Source: Utricularia gibba (Eukaryota; Plantae; Magnoliophyta). Taken from it: 64,000 bases of DNA. The position numbers were made by a program, and so were the translations under genes. Positions 50,794-62,396 of this stretch are shown here, in pieces (the first letter of the stretch is position 1; every line of letters begins with the position of its first letter). The stretch covers positions 1,674,001 to 1,738,000 of the forward strand of contig NEEC01000018.1 in NCBI GenBank assembly GCA_002189035.1. Direction: 5' to 3'. Under the pieces are notes generated by a model. The model had not been told where the DNA came from. It saw only the letters and a program-made list of their open reading frames with translations, and did not search any database.

Positions 50794-52423
50794 TTAGCAT
50801 GTATTGATACCATCTTTGCAATCCTTGGTCAGATTGTAGAATGTCTCCACTCGTGTCTTTGCTCGATACAGGACCTCTGTATCGACTTCAACTCTCATAT
50901 ACCCATCAAACTCAACAGGGCGGCCACCATTCAAGACAGAAGTTGTGTTATACCATTCACTGGTATTCCCCAGAGGTACTTGTAATCATCCAGCAAGTGA
51001 ACCTTGTAATGTGATCTCAGCTTATCAAAGTAATTGTAGAAGGGCTCATTGGTGGCAATGTACAAGTTTCTCCAAGGTGTGATTATCCCTTGAAGTTTCG
51101 CAACAAGCGCATCCGGGGATGTATCAGAATCCAAGTTCGGCCATAGCTCCTTGTTCCTTGCCTTATCCCTCGAACAACATGGACAGCATCGAAGTCCCAG
51201 TCCATACTCCCACTTATGGCAGAAACTATATCCATCAGTCTCTTGGATTTCCAAAGCACCTGCCATGGTCTCTCTATATGCTTAGCAGCAGGGCCTTCAC
51301 ATACTCTGTACCAATAATTCTCTGGCTCTGGAGCATCAAACTGCCTCCAGATAACTGTGCTCTTGTCTCTCTTCAGCTGCATTGGTGTGGTCTTATAGCT
51401 AGCAACCTTCCGGACTGATATTTTCGACTTATGATTCTTCTCTGATGTCTTCAAATCCCTCAGGAACTCACCCTCCTCCACAATGGCAGCAACTTCCTTC
51501 AAATGCTCGAAATCAAAGTAGAACCTGAAATCCTTTCCCTCCTCCTCCCTGTTGCTCTGTGTGTATGAAGAAGCCAAGCAGATGCTCAAATCCATCACGA
51601 ACGTCCTGTTCAGGTACTGTGCCTCCCCCAGAGCACACAGAAGGCTCCACATATACTGATTCATCCCTTTGCAGTAGTCTCCTCCCCTGGCGTAGTACAG
51701 ATACCTGCCATTCCTGAAAGCTTGATCAGAACCCAACACTGGGATTGTGTCGTTGATCTCATCATCTCCGACCTGAGTGACGGTTTTGGGCCGCTGTGTG
51801 CTTCGAGGGGTGCTCACTTGACCACTCGGCCTCCGAGCATTCAGACCGGAGTGCCAACGCCCCGGCCGAATTACCCTGTAGCTGCAATCATCGTTATACC
51901 CCAGTCTGAATCTCCTGAAATCCCTGTACTTTCTCCAAGATTTTTCCTTCCTGTTTCTGAATCTCCAGGCCACATCACACTCATCAGGTTTGGACCCATT
52001 AACTGGTCCCTGGTAATCTAACACCACAATTGACTTGAAAGTCCTGGAGTTGAACCTCTTGATGGTGAGCAGCACTCCAGGATCAGAACAATTCACTGCA
52101 GATTGATCTTTGCAAACCGTTTTCAGGGATGTGTTTTCCCTGTCAGGAATCTCAACTGAAGGTATTGCGGGTGGATCATTGGGAGCTGGAGAAATATCCT
52201 CCCCAGTTCTGAGAACAGAGTTGTCAGTTTGGAATGTGGCGTTCTGAACTTCAGTGAAAACCTTGGTGAGAGCTCTGGAAGACTCCCATGGATCAGGAGG
52301 TTGATATGTGACGGCAATTGCAGCGAGTATCAGCACAGACAACACGAACGCAGAGAAACACACATTGCTCACCAACTTGATGATGTTTTGCCCCACAGGA
52401 TCTGTGAAGCTGAATTCCCTCAT
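50794..52423 (-). CDS. SUB1-like / O-fucosyltransferase-family protein, intronless; two apparent 1-bp deletions (51167-51169, 50968-50971)
   Basis: Motifs PVGQNIIKLVSNVCFS, TYQPPDPW, DECDVAWRFR, EAQYLNRTFVMD and DFRFYFDFEHL. After the first shift: DKARNKELWPNLD..LYIATNE. After the second: NTSEWY..EFDGYMRVEVD..TFYNLTKDCKDGINTC*. Confidence 0.88.
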
Positions 52424-53689
52424 CCCAGCAGCCAACCCAGTTCGCCAAACGCTCAAATGACGCTCATAAGGACAACAATCGAAAGAACCAACCTTCAGGG
52501 ATGCTCCAATTCATAACCCTCGCGGCTCCCAGAACGCCTGCAACTTCCGAAGGCGAAAGCGAAATGAGGTTTTCAAAGAGTTGGTTTTTCCGACGAATGT
52601 GCAGACAAGAGATGGGAGCGACCCAAATCCAAATTCTAAACGCCTCTGCGGGACGCGCTACTGGATCTGCTGCTCATCCATCACTTGAAACCAAACCGGA
52701 AAATTTTTATGACCCACCGACGCTTTTTTTCTCCAATAACAAGACTTACGTCTGACTCATTCCTTATTTTTTACTTATTATGCATTCTTTTAACGTTTCA
52801 AAACGCATTTTAATTATATTTAAATTTAATTTAATAATTATTGATTATTAAAAAATACAACCAATTTAAATATAGATTCTAAAATACAAGTCTTCTACAA
52901 TGCTCTAATAGCCCAAAATTCATTGAACACCCAACTAAGAAACTGCAAATGTTGTCATCAGGCTACCATTGCCTTGAAGCAAAGATGAGAATGGCGTTTT
53001 TAAGTTTTACTGTTCAAAGAGGGGGATGATATTGGAAACAGGGATGAAGATGACATGTGTTTCAGCTCACCCTCATTGATCAAAGGGAGAGCTCTCCATG
53101 GGGTGGTCTCTTTGCGGTTACAATGCTGTTCTCTTCTTCATCCATTTTCTGTGACGTTATAAAAACTCAAGCTTGGAAGAGTACAATGTTGTTCAACTCA
53201 TTCATTGCATTGTGCAAGAAAGCATTTTACTGCACACGATTTGAAATGAAAACAGCTGAAAAAACATGGATCCAACAATAAAAAAGGCCCCATCTTGTGC
53301 AGAAGACCAGATATCCAAAACTCATGGTGTGCTGGAAGTTAAAATTGTCTACAGAGTGTAAGGATGCAAACTGAATATGTACATTACTTGCTGTGAGCAT
53401 GAAGTTCCGCATGGATTACAATGGAGAACTGAAGGAGCTGGGGTGAGGTTTACATCAGCAAGACAGGGACTTCGAAAAAGAATCAGATGAAGAAGCAAAG
53501 ATGACTAACAATACACTGAGGAAACAACGGATGAGAACAAATGTTAACGAACTCACAGCTCTCAGATGGTAGTAATGTAAAAAAAAAACGAGTACAAAAC
53601 CTGATGTGATGGTTGAGTGTTGCATGTCACCGGATAAGAGAATGGGTGAGCTTCCTGCCAATGTTGTGGCGGCTTATTATGATCAAGGA

Positions 53690-54967
53690 TCAGTTAAGTC
53701 TGATTCGCCGTGATGCTGGTGAGTCACCACTGTCAACATCTGAAATCCTCGAAGCATCACCTCTTCTTCTAGAAGATGAAGTAGAACGGGCCACCCTGGA
53801 ATCGATTTCAACGGCATTGTCAATGGTTTGGCTCTCTGAATGTATGGCAGCCGCTATGCTAGATATCGAATCCCTGTCTGGTTCTTGATTTCTTTCCAGA
53901 GGATTAAGGTTAATGTAAGACTCCACAAGGAAATTTGGCAAATCACTTCTTTGAGGATGTGCCCTGCGAATCACCACTGATCGTTGATGGCGTATTTCTC
54001 TTGTCTCAAGAGCTTGATGGTTGCTGCCCACCAAGTTGAGTGGGATATCAGGTGTCACAAAATGAGCCGGCTCAGCTCCTCCATACAAAACTTCAGTGAC
54101 ATTCATATCATCATTTGGCATGACTGGAGGGTGCTCTCTGTGTATTCCTCTAATTACTGCTCGGGGATATGGGAACCTCTCTTGTGAATCCCAATCAGAA
54201 CTTCTAGCATGTATTTCAGCTATATGTCTATTCACATCATACGTATCTTCTAGATGCCGAATCACTTCATTCATAGGAAATGCTGATGCAGATCTTGAAA
54301 TATGCCTCCGACTTTGAATGCTACAAGCCTGAGGCCGTGGAGGAATCCTGAGACCATTATCAAGTTTTGGCTCCCGCTTATCACTACCACGACCATAAAT
54401 CGGGGTCACATCTTTCATGGTCACCCCTCCTTTGCAAATAGGACATTTCTTGACGTCAGAATGATGATACAACCATCGATAAATGCAGGGCCAGCAGAAC
54501 AAATGGCCACAGCAAGTAACCACAGGGTCCATAGCCAAATCTAAGCATATATTGCAGTCAAAGAAACTGCCCTCATCGGCATTATTTTTTTCACAGTCTT
54601 TCTTTGTACCCAAATCCTTATCTTCCGCATAACTGGTGCAACTGTCACATAGTTTAGAAGCCTCAATAGTCCTTCCATCAGGTGCAACACTACCCTCTCC
54701 AATCTGTAAGTCATTTCTACTGATTAGTTCTAGTGAAACACTTTGCCTATCGGGAGAAACTGGTAGAAGCCTCCGTAGTGATCGCCACTGATGGTTTCTA
54801 AGTTGTGCAAATCCCCTTAACTGAGATGCGGCAGTATCAAACAAATCCTCCACCCTCATACTAATATGAGGATATGATCCACGCATACGTTCACCATCAT
54901 CATTACTTGGAATCTCAACAGGTCCAAGATTGAGATCAAGGTTCATAAAGTTGCTGTCTTCCGCCAT
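53690..54967 (-). CDS. RING-HC (C3HC4) E3 ubiquitin ligase, At3g58030/At2g42030 (MUSE1/2)-like, single coding exon, intron-containing 5'UTR reaching about 56200
   Basis: Start MAEDSNFMNLDLNLGP. RING FFDCNICLDLAMDPVVTCCGHLFCWPCIYRW..CPICKG, then VTPIYGRG. C-terminal block DRDSISSIAAAIHSESQTIDNAVEIDS..SRISDVDSGDSPASRRIRLN. Confidence 0.88.
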   Translation of the reverse strand: MAEDSNFMNLDLNLGPVEIPSNDDGERMRGSYPHISMRVEDLFDTAASQLRGFAQLRNHQWRSLRRLLPVSPDRQSVSLELISRNDLQIGEGSVAPDGRTIEASKLCDSCTSYAEDKDLGTKKDCEKNNADEGSFFDCNICLDLAMDPVVTCCGHLFCWPCIYRWLYHHSDVKKCPICKGGVTMKDVTPIYGRGSDKREPKLDNGLRIPPRPQACSIQSRRHISRSASAFPMNEVIRHLEDTYDVNRHIAEIHARSSDWDSQERFPYPRAVIRGIHREHPPVMPNDDMNVTEVLYGGAEPAHFVTPDIPLNLVGSNHQALETREIRHQRSVVIRRAHPQRSDLPNFLVESYINLNPLERNQEPDRDSISSIAAAIHSESQTIDNAVEIDSRVARSTSSSRRRGDASRISDVDSGDSPASRRIRLN

Positions 54968-57641
54968 AGCAGTATTTACCAATCCAAAACGTTACCTTAT
55001 GAGGAAAAAAATATATACAAAACAATGTATCAGATGACAGTTTCCCATCCCAAATCTCACAAGGAAAACACATTTTGGAAAATGAGACAAAGAATTCAAA
55101 GCTGTATAAGGAATCAGAGAGTATGGTAAATATCGAAGCTGATTATTGATTGATATCAGGTAAGGAAATGAATGAAGAAAATGCCCATCTGGATGGTTCC
55201 TCACACATGAAATCAGTAAATAGACGTTCCAAAAATACGACAATCAAAATAGCAAGTGCACAAGTTAACCACATCCTACTCACCACGTTTTCCAGTGAAA
55301 ATATATGAGGAATACCAAACTCAAAACATGCAGAATTCGTCCAGTATTAGTTGTATTATCCATCAAGCAAGAAATTTTCGCATTTATTCAAATACATAGG
55401 AGTGCACTCAGAAGTCGCAGTCACAGAATCGATGTCACGAACTGATGGGGGCTTCGCTAAAAGTATCAACTTTTCTCAAACTTCCAAAAGAGGAATGCTC
55501 ATCAAACAGATAGCGTTTGAATGAACACGAAAAGATCGCCAGGAGGAAAAGAAAAACTAAAAAAATTAACCAAACATCAGGGTTGCAACTGCACTATCAA
55601 CTTTCAAAAACATAATCACTATTAGGCAAAAAAAAAAAAGAGCAACTCTCGATGAAAAGAAAACGGAGGGGTGGTAAAAAGAACAGAAAAAGAAAGACAA
55701 GTACAAAAGAAACTAGAACAAAAACCAAAAAATAGAGATTTTTTTTTTCAGTAAAAGTTGAAGTACCGGCCAAAGAACTCATTGGCAATTTTAACAAAGC
55801 TCTCAGGCTCAGGATCAATTTTTGCCGAACAAGTGTCCGTACGCTCATCTCGTTTCGCTAACCTGGATTCTTCTATCGAATAAGATGCCGACTCCAGAGG
55901 CGATTAAAAATTGGTTCTTCACACGGTTTCCGTCTCCCTCGTTTCGCCCTTTACGAAGGCCTCAATCCCAAGTCACTATGATGTCACCTAGAATCCTTGT
56001 GTGAACGAAATTGGTTCCAGAATCTTGCTAACAACTGATGAAGCATCCGCAACCCTACAAGAACACTCGAATTGCGAGAAGAGGAAAAGAGAAATACTGA
56101 TTAAAATTAAGAAGGCGTCGTGTAGCTACACGAACCCTAGACTCCATGAAATTTTGCCTCCAAAACCCGCCAACCCGAACCCGAACCACACCCACAAAAA
56201 CCCATACATACGTATATCTATATGTATGTATATATGGATTTTCATTAAAATATTAAAAATTAATTATTGATAGAATATTATTTTTAATATATTATTTCTT
56301 ATTTTAATGATAAAACATATACCATAATATTTTCCTTATTTTAAAAACGAATATTTAAAATGATAAGTTTCACCAACTCTAAAACATCACCACTTTTAAT
56401 TTTAATAATTCAATTTTGCCATTATTTAATTCGACATAATTTACTTCTTCAATATGAAAATGTATATAATAACATATAAATATTATATTTTGACTTTTAC
56501 TATTATTTTTTTCCAAATAAGAAAGCAAGTAATTGAATATAATTTATCATATTATAGATAAATAATATCATATTAAATGATCGAATTTTATAACATTAAT
56601 AATAATAATAATTTCCTATCATAGTATAATACAAAATATAAATAGTTGGAACTGTAATGATATAATTCATGACGTTATTTTTAAAAATATTTTATTTTAT
56701 ATAGTACATAATTTAATAAGTTTTCCACCTACTTATGTATAGAAATTTAATGGTTAAAAAAAGGGCAAAAATATTAAAAACGTATATTAAATTATATTTT
56801 ATGAGAATTGATTCTTAATAATCATTTCAATTCAATGAAAATCATGAGATGGTAAATTTTCTATAAGAATTTTTTATAATCGATTTTAAAATTAAAGTAA
56901 TTACATAAAATATAATTCAAAAATCATATAATATTTTATTTTTATATAGAACATGCATTAATAACATTTACATCAAATTATATACGAAAATTTAATGGTT
57001 AAATAAGATAGAAAAAATAACAATTTTTTTAAATAAAAATGACATAATTGTTACATAGAAAATAAACTGTAACCAATAAGAAAAGTAGCTAATAGGAACT
57101 TTAGCAATATTTGGAAGTATCCAAAATCAATTCTATTCTGATATTTTGGCAAATTCAATTTTATGACATTTTGATAAATAGTTAGACCTAAAGGATATCA
57201 AATACTTTAATTCTACCTCATAACGTGACTTGTATATATCTTGGCACATTCAATGACACTTAAGGTCTGTTTGATGTAGCTAAAAAACACGTCTAAATAA
57301 GTGATTCTTGAAATACTTCAATTTAAAAAATTTAAAACGTTTCACTGTTTCAATTTCATGTGTAACATAAACACCACATGTTTTGTTCAAGAATCAGTTC
57401 TATTTGAGAACACCATAGTGAACTAGAGAAAATAATTGACATTGAGCATTTGATAAACACTTAGTATTGAGTGTAGGTGGAGATAGTCTCAAGTCAATCT
57501 ACAATATGTCTTAGGTTTCTTGATTGTTTCTTTTCATAATAAAAGCATTTTGTGCCCTTTTGTTTTTTTTGATGGAGTGGCATCCCTGTCAAAAGGTGAC
57601 CTTAAAAGCAGAGCCCTTATCTTCCCATGTGAATTTGGTAA

Positions 57642-58106
57642 AAACCCTAAACCTTCGAGGGTGGAAGCTGAGGACACAACTGCGTTGAAATGCGGACTTC
57701 AACGGGTGGAGGGAGGAAAGAAAGAGAAGGAAAGTAACTGCAAATCCAGATGAATGAGCAGGGAAAGGAATCTAATCAATGAAATAAGAAAAGAGGGACG
57801 ACGCTTCCCGAGAAACGTCACAGTGCAGTAAATCGTAATAAATATCTAAAATGAATCAAGTGTCTGTCTTCCTCTTCCTCTTCCTGCTTCTCCTCCTCTT
57901 CTATATATCGACCTCTCGTTACCCTTCCCTGTTTGTTTTCTCTAGGGTTTTTCTCTTCTTAGCAAATCCTGGTTCTCTCCCTTAAACCCTTTTTGTTGCT
58001 GCTTACTGCTGGCTTTCTCTGCAGCTTCGTCCTAGGGTTTCCCTTCTCAGATCTGCAGCTTCTGGAGCGAAATGAAGTTCCTTTATCAGATGGGGGTTTA
58101 GGGTTT
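57642..58106 (+). promoter_or_regulatory. MIR159 promoter and leader: TATA box plus multiple telo-boxes
   Basis: AAACCCTAAACC at 57642-57653. CT-rich tract, then TATATAT at 57902-57908. TAGGGTTT at 57943, 58033 and 58099. Confidence 0.55.
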
Positions 58107-58230
58107 GAGAGTGGAGCTCCTTAAAGTCCAAAAGAGGTTCTTGCAGAGAAGACGCTGGCTGGTGTTGTCACAGCAGATGCCTCTTGTTTGAACCTCCTTT
58201 GGATTGAAGGGAGCTCTACTTTTTCCACCC
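58101..58230 (+). ncRNA. MIR159: MIR159 precursor hairpin; mature miR159 at 58198-58218, star at about 58114-58134
   Basis: Exact mature sequence UUUGGAUUGAAGGGAGCUCUA on the 3' arm. Complementary star GAGCUCCUUAAAGUCCAAAAG on the 5' arm. Flanks pair (GAGGUUC/GAACCUC; GUGGAGCUCC/GGAGCUCUAC). Confidence 0.95.
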
Positions 58231-58806
58231 TCTCCCCTGCACTTCAGATCAGCCCATCTTTCTGATTCCAACTCTTTTTTTTTTGTAGCTTGCAGAAGAA
58301 GAGCTTTTCTGGGCATGGGTTCGGATCTGGATCAGGATCTGGAACTGGGTTCACTGCAGAAGTGGCCGGTTGTCGTTATTGGGGAGGAAGATCCGATCGG
58401 ATCTGATCTGAGTTGTCGGAGAATCTAAGCCTTAGATTTATCTCTGTGTGTCTGAATGGAAAAAAAATTACTCCTGTTTCGCGTTTAGGGCAACCTCCTC
58501 CTGAATTGGGAGATTTTCAATTTTAATTTTTTATTCTGTTTCTTTTTATAATGTTTAATTTGTGTGAATAAAGATTATTCCATTTATTAATTAATTCTGA
58601 TAATTAACCACTAATTGAAGTAAAACCTGAATCAAAACTGAATTATTGGCATTAATTGTCAAAAATAAAATAAAAAAAATTTGACGGTTGGCGAGCCGCG
58701 TGGAGAGGATAAAAGCGGAAAGTACGTACTTCACGTGGTTAGCCGAGCGGCGGTTGTAAGCAATATAATAATCAGCTTTATTGTGGCGGTAGTTGTGCTC
58801 CGGCGA

Positions 58807-59901
58807 ATGGAGACGATCATCGGCTGCGGAAGAGTGGCGCTCTCTCCGAATCATGTTTTCAACTCGCCGTCTGGTAAGATTGTAGCGTTCGGAGGTTTGA
58901 TTATCGTTTTAAATTTTTTAGGTGCGGCTTTTATTTTATTTTTACACATAGTTGCAGAGTAGTTCATCTGCGGATTTAGGGAAACAAGTTATCTGACAAG
59001 CGTTTTAGGAAATTTTGGTTGTTTTGATGATTTGTGTGTGTGTGCAAATATCACTCCCGCTTAGTCATTGAAGTGAACTGTTGAACTTCTGTCTTGCGTT
59101 AGAAAATGGTAAAGCGTGCAAAGTATGCTGTTTATTCTGATCTAGTGAAGAGCAATCTAATTTTGCTAGCCAGGGTTACAAGTCTCAAGTGTTGGTAATG
59201 GAGAATTTAATGTGATGGATGATCCTTGCTGTTTTAAGTATGACAGAATAGGGCTCTCATGATGTGTGCGCAGGGGAGAGATATCCTCTTCATACACGAT
59301 TTTTGAATGGCAGCGCTTTGACAGCCAAGGCAATTACTGGTGTGGGGAAAGGTGGACTTTTGGAGAAACCTGTAACAGAGAAAGCAAGCCCAGGCCGTGA
59401 GTCTGAGTTCGATTTGAGGTATGGATGCTGGCCTTTTTCTTCACTCCCTTACACGTCATTGCAAGCTGTGGCATTTTGTGAAGCTCAAGCGTTGCTTGCT
59501 GGCATTTTCGTCACTCCCTTATGGCAGTTCCTTTGATTTGTGCATGTTATTCAGTGTGTTTGCCATTGGTTGAATCCAATATCAGCTCTACAAGTTTTGC
59601 TTTTACACAGGAGTTAATTCACTTCTTCCTTAAATGCAGGAGGTCAAGGAAAACGTCACCACCATATCGTGTGCTTCTGCACAATGACAACTACAATAAG
59701 AGGGAGTATGTTGTGCAAGTTTTGATGAAGGTTATTCCCGGGATGACACTTGACAATGCTGTGAATATCATGCAAGAAGCGCACCACAAAGGCATGTCGG
59801 TGGTGATAATCTGTGCTCAAGCCGATGCCGAAGAGCACTGTATGCAACTTAGAGGCAATGGTCTTTTGAGCTCAATTGAGCCAGCAAGCGCTGGTTGTTA
59901 A
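58807..59901 (+). CDS. CLPS1: Chloroplast Clp protease adaptor ClpS1, 3 exons
   Basis: Exons 58807-58873, 59274-59418, 59640-59901. Motifs GGLLEKP, PGRESEFDLR, PPYRVLLHNDNYNKREYVVQVLMKVIPGMT, EAHHKG and AEEHCMQLRGNGLLSSIEPA. Confidence 0.95.
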
Positions 59902-60206
59902 TGACAATGAAGGATCTCTCCCACAGTGAATGTACTGGCCAACTGGATATATATGCAGACTGAAATGTTGGACAGCTGAATGCCTTCTGTGTCTCATTGT
60001 CTCAGTGATATCTGAATAATTAGGCAACTTCTCATTGTCTCAGTTCTTCAGTTTTAAACCAGACTTGGGCGTGGAGAAAATGCCATTAGCTGTGGGTTAC
60101 ACTGATTCAGAAGCAGAACCATCAAAAGCCAGTTTGTACATGATGTAAGAAACAAGAGAGGGGAAAAGGCAGTTGTTAAACCGGAAGGTCAGGCGATGCA
60201 AACTAT

Positions 60207-61186
60207 TTATCCCTCTAATTTTGGCTGTGCGTCGGAAACCGGTGGTGGATTTACGGCCGAAGCACCTCCGTTCATCCGAGCACGAGCTTCCGCAAACATC
60301 CTTTGCTGCTGTGCTACTGCTTCTTCTTCAGTCATCTCAGCTCCATTGCTCCATTTCCCACTCTTCATGCTATCCTGCTGCCATTTCAAACACTCTATTC
60401 CCGGAATTTGCAGATAATATCTCAAATACATCCATGTAAATGATCAGAAGAAGCTTCCAGTGGCAAGGGGAAAACAGCATACCACGGTCTCCGCCCTGTG
60501 CTGTTCATATGCAGTGTAAACTTCTTCGACATATTCCCCGAATCCAAGTACCTGAAGATCATCAACCAACAGACGACTTCAGTGAATTTCACGGTGATGC
60601 TCGAAATGCCCATGAAAAAAGAGGAGGCTATTTGTAGATCAGTAACCTCCAAGGCCTTGAGTACATGCTCTGGCGCAATGGTTCTTTTCTCTTCCCTGTT
60701 ACATACTTCATTTGATTCTGATGAAATGAGATTGATGAATTCTGCAATGAAATGAAACATCTTAAACCCATGGCAATGAATGAAGTTAAACCCAACTGCA
60801 ACTCCACTTGATCCGAGATGTGATCACATACCTACACAACATTCGATTAAAAGATCTTGAGTGTCCCGTGCCACACGAACATCAGGAGGCAGCATCTCTT
60901 TTATGATTTTGGTCATGGTTGCTGCAACGTAACACAGCAACAGAAGAAATGGTCAAAGAAATGAAAGAGGTAGAGAAAGGGAAGTATCCTCCTCCTTGAA
61001 GGGATTCAATTTCAGGAAACAAACCGCTTGTTCTGAAATGATCAGTTCACAAAAGTTTTCTTTACACACTAAATCTCCTAATGTGAAGCCCAAACAACAG
61101 ATATGAGGATGGCATAATGATAAACTCATACCCTTAGGAAGGGAAGCGTCCTCCTTTGTTCTACCCACAATATCTGAAGGCTCCAT
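60207..61186 (-). CDS. DR1: Dr1 / NC2-beta histone-fold transcription regulator, 5 coding exons
   Basis: Spliced product MEPSDIVGRTKEDASLPK|ATMTKIIKEMLPPDVRVARDTQDLLIECCV|EFINLISSESNEVC..TIAPEHVLKALE|VLGFGEYVEEV..|..MTEEEAVAQQQRMFAEARARMN. Confidence 0.95.
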
Positions 61187-62082
61187 TCCTCTCACAGAAG
61201 ACTGAATAAAGTTCATGTAAGAAAGAAATGAAAAACTACTACAACAAAAGAAACAAGGTAATTGAACCGTGGATACCAGTGGCCCCAGAGATCGCTATAC
61301 CAAACTTGGAGGGGCAGCAAGAGACTTAAAAGATGTAACGTTCTGCACATTAGAGATGCGATACATGATGACAGCAACAATGGGTAGTAAAATCATATAA
61401 AATTTCAGACATATGCGCATTCTGGATGCTGTGAAAGGCGTCTTTGCAGGGTCCCTAAGCATATAGGAACACGTAAAGGTGATCCCTGGAGTATGAAAAG
61501 AAAAATGATGAGGAGGCTCGATGGTTCAATGAATTTTAAACAAGAATCAATTGAATCCAAGCAGCTACCAGAAGGAAAGTCACTAAACCACCATCCGAAA
61601 TACACTTCTTTTTTTCCTTTTCCAGATACGAATCAAGACACATAAAGATGATTTGCAGCACCAGGTGCATGAATCACTGCTTTCTTGCAAAATCAAAGTT
61701 GCGTCCGTCTACCCAAACGCGAATACAGTGATCAAGGAATAAGGAACGTACCACGCAAGAAGCAATTAAGCGAAGCGGGGCGAAGAACCGGTAGACCTAG
61801 GGCTGACTGACATGGCAGAAGCTGCTGATTCCCTGAATTGCAATTCGTCGTCTCGCAGGGGAACCATGTGGATAATAATTTCAATTCCCGTTTTAATTTC
61901 TTATAGTGGATACGGCGTCGTTTCGATGGTAGGTCAACAGTTCCTGTAATCGATTATCCATCGGCGCCGGCTCAGATCTGGCTCGCTCGCTCGCTCACTG
62001 TTCAGCTTGAGCTTCAGCTAATCGGACTTCAAATCTCCCGCTATCAGTTCCTCTTTCTTCGCCTGCGTAACTCCCAAATCGT

Positions 62083-62097
62083 CCCCCCCCCCCCCCC
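62083..62097. repeat. C15 homopolymer in the 5'UTR of the hAT-derived gene
   Basis: Read directly from the sequence. Confidence 0.9.
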
Positions 62098-62396
62098 TCT
62101 GGAGTAAGCAATCTGCGTCCCTTATTTTTCGTCATCCTTTTTTGCTTTTGGCCTCGATGGCTAGAGATCAGACGCTTGTGCAGTTTCCGGGGTGGTTGTG
62201 GAACGTTGGTGGATGTAGGCTGCGATGCATGGGTTTCTCTTGGGCGTTCTGTTCTACTTTCAATCTGGGTAAAGCATTTTTCGTAAAAATTGGCGTACTT
62301 TTTCTGCGCTTCTGATTGTAACCTTGCTTTTTGTGCCTGGATCTTGATTTGAAGTAGGCTGCTGTTGCGGGAGGAATAGCAGTAGTTGACAATGTG

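Noticed and set aside
53422-53440. miR159/319-like sequence (tggagaactgaaggagctg) in the RING gene 3' region
   Set aside because: It needs gaps and has seed-region mismatches, and there is no hairpin partner.
53100-53600. Possible 3'UTR introns (NMD trigger) of the MUSE-like RING gene
   Set aside because: Only weak donor and acceptor matches, indistinguishable from chance without transcript data.
13107-54967. Immune gene cluster (MOS14 plus MUSE1/2-like E3)
   Set aside because: The genes are 33 kb apart among unrelated housekeeping genes, so co-location is explained by ancestral synteny.
57264-57463. Second Tourist-like MITE starting TAA GGTCTGTTTGAT
   Set aside because: The right end is too degenerate and has no TSD, so an element cannot be delimited.
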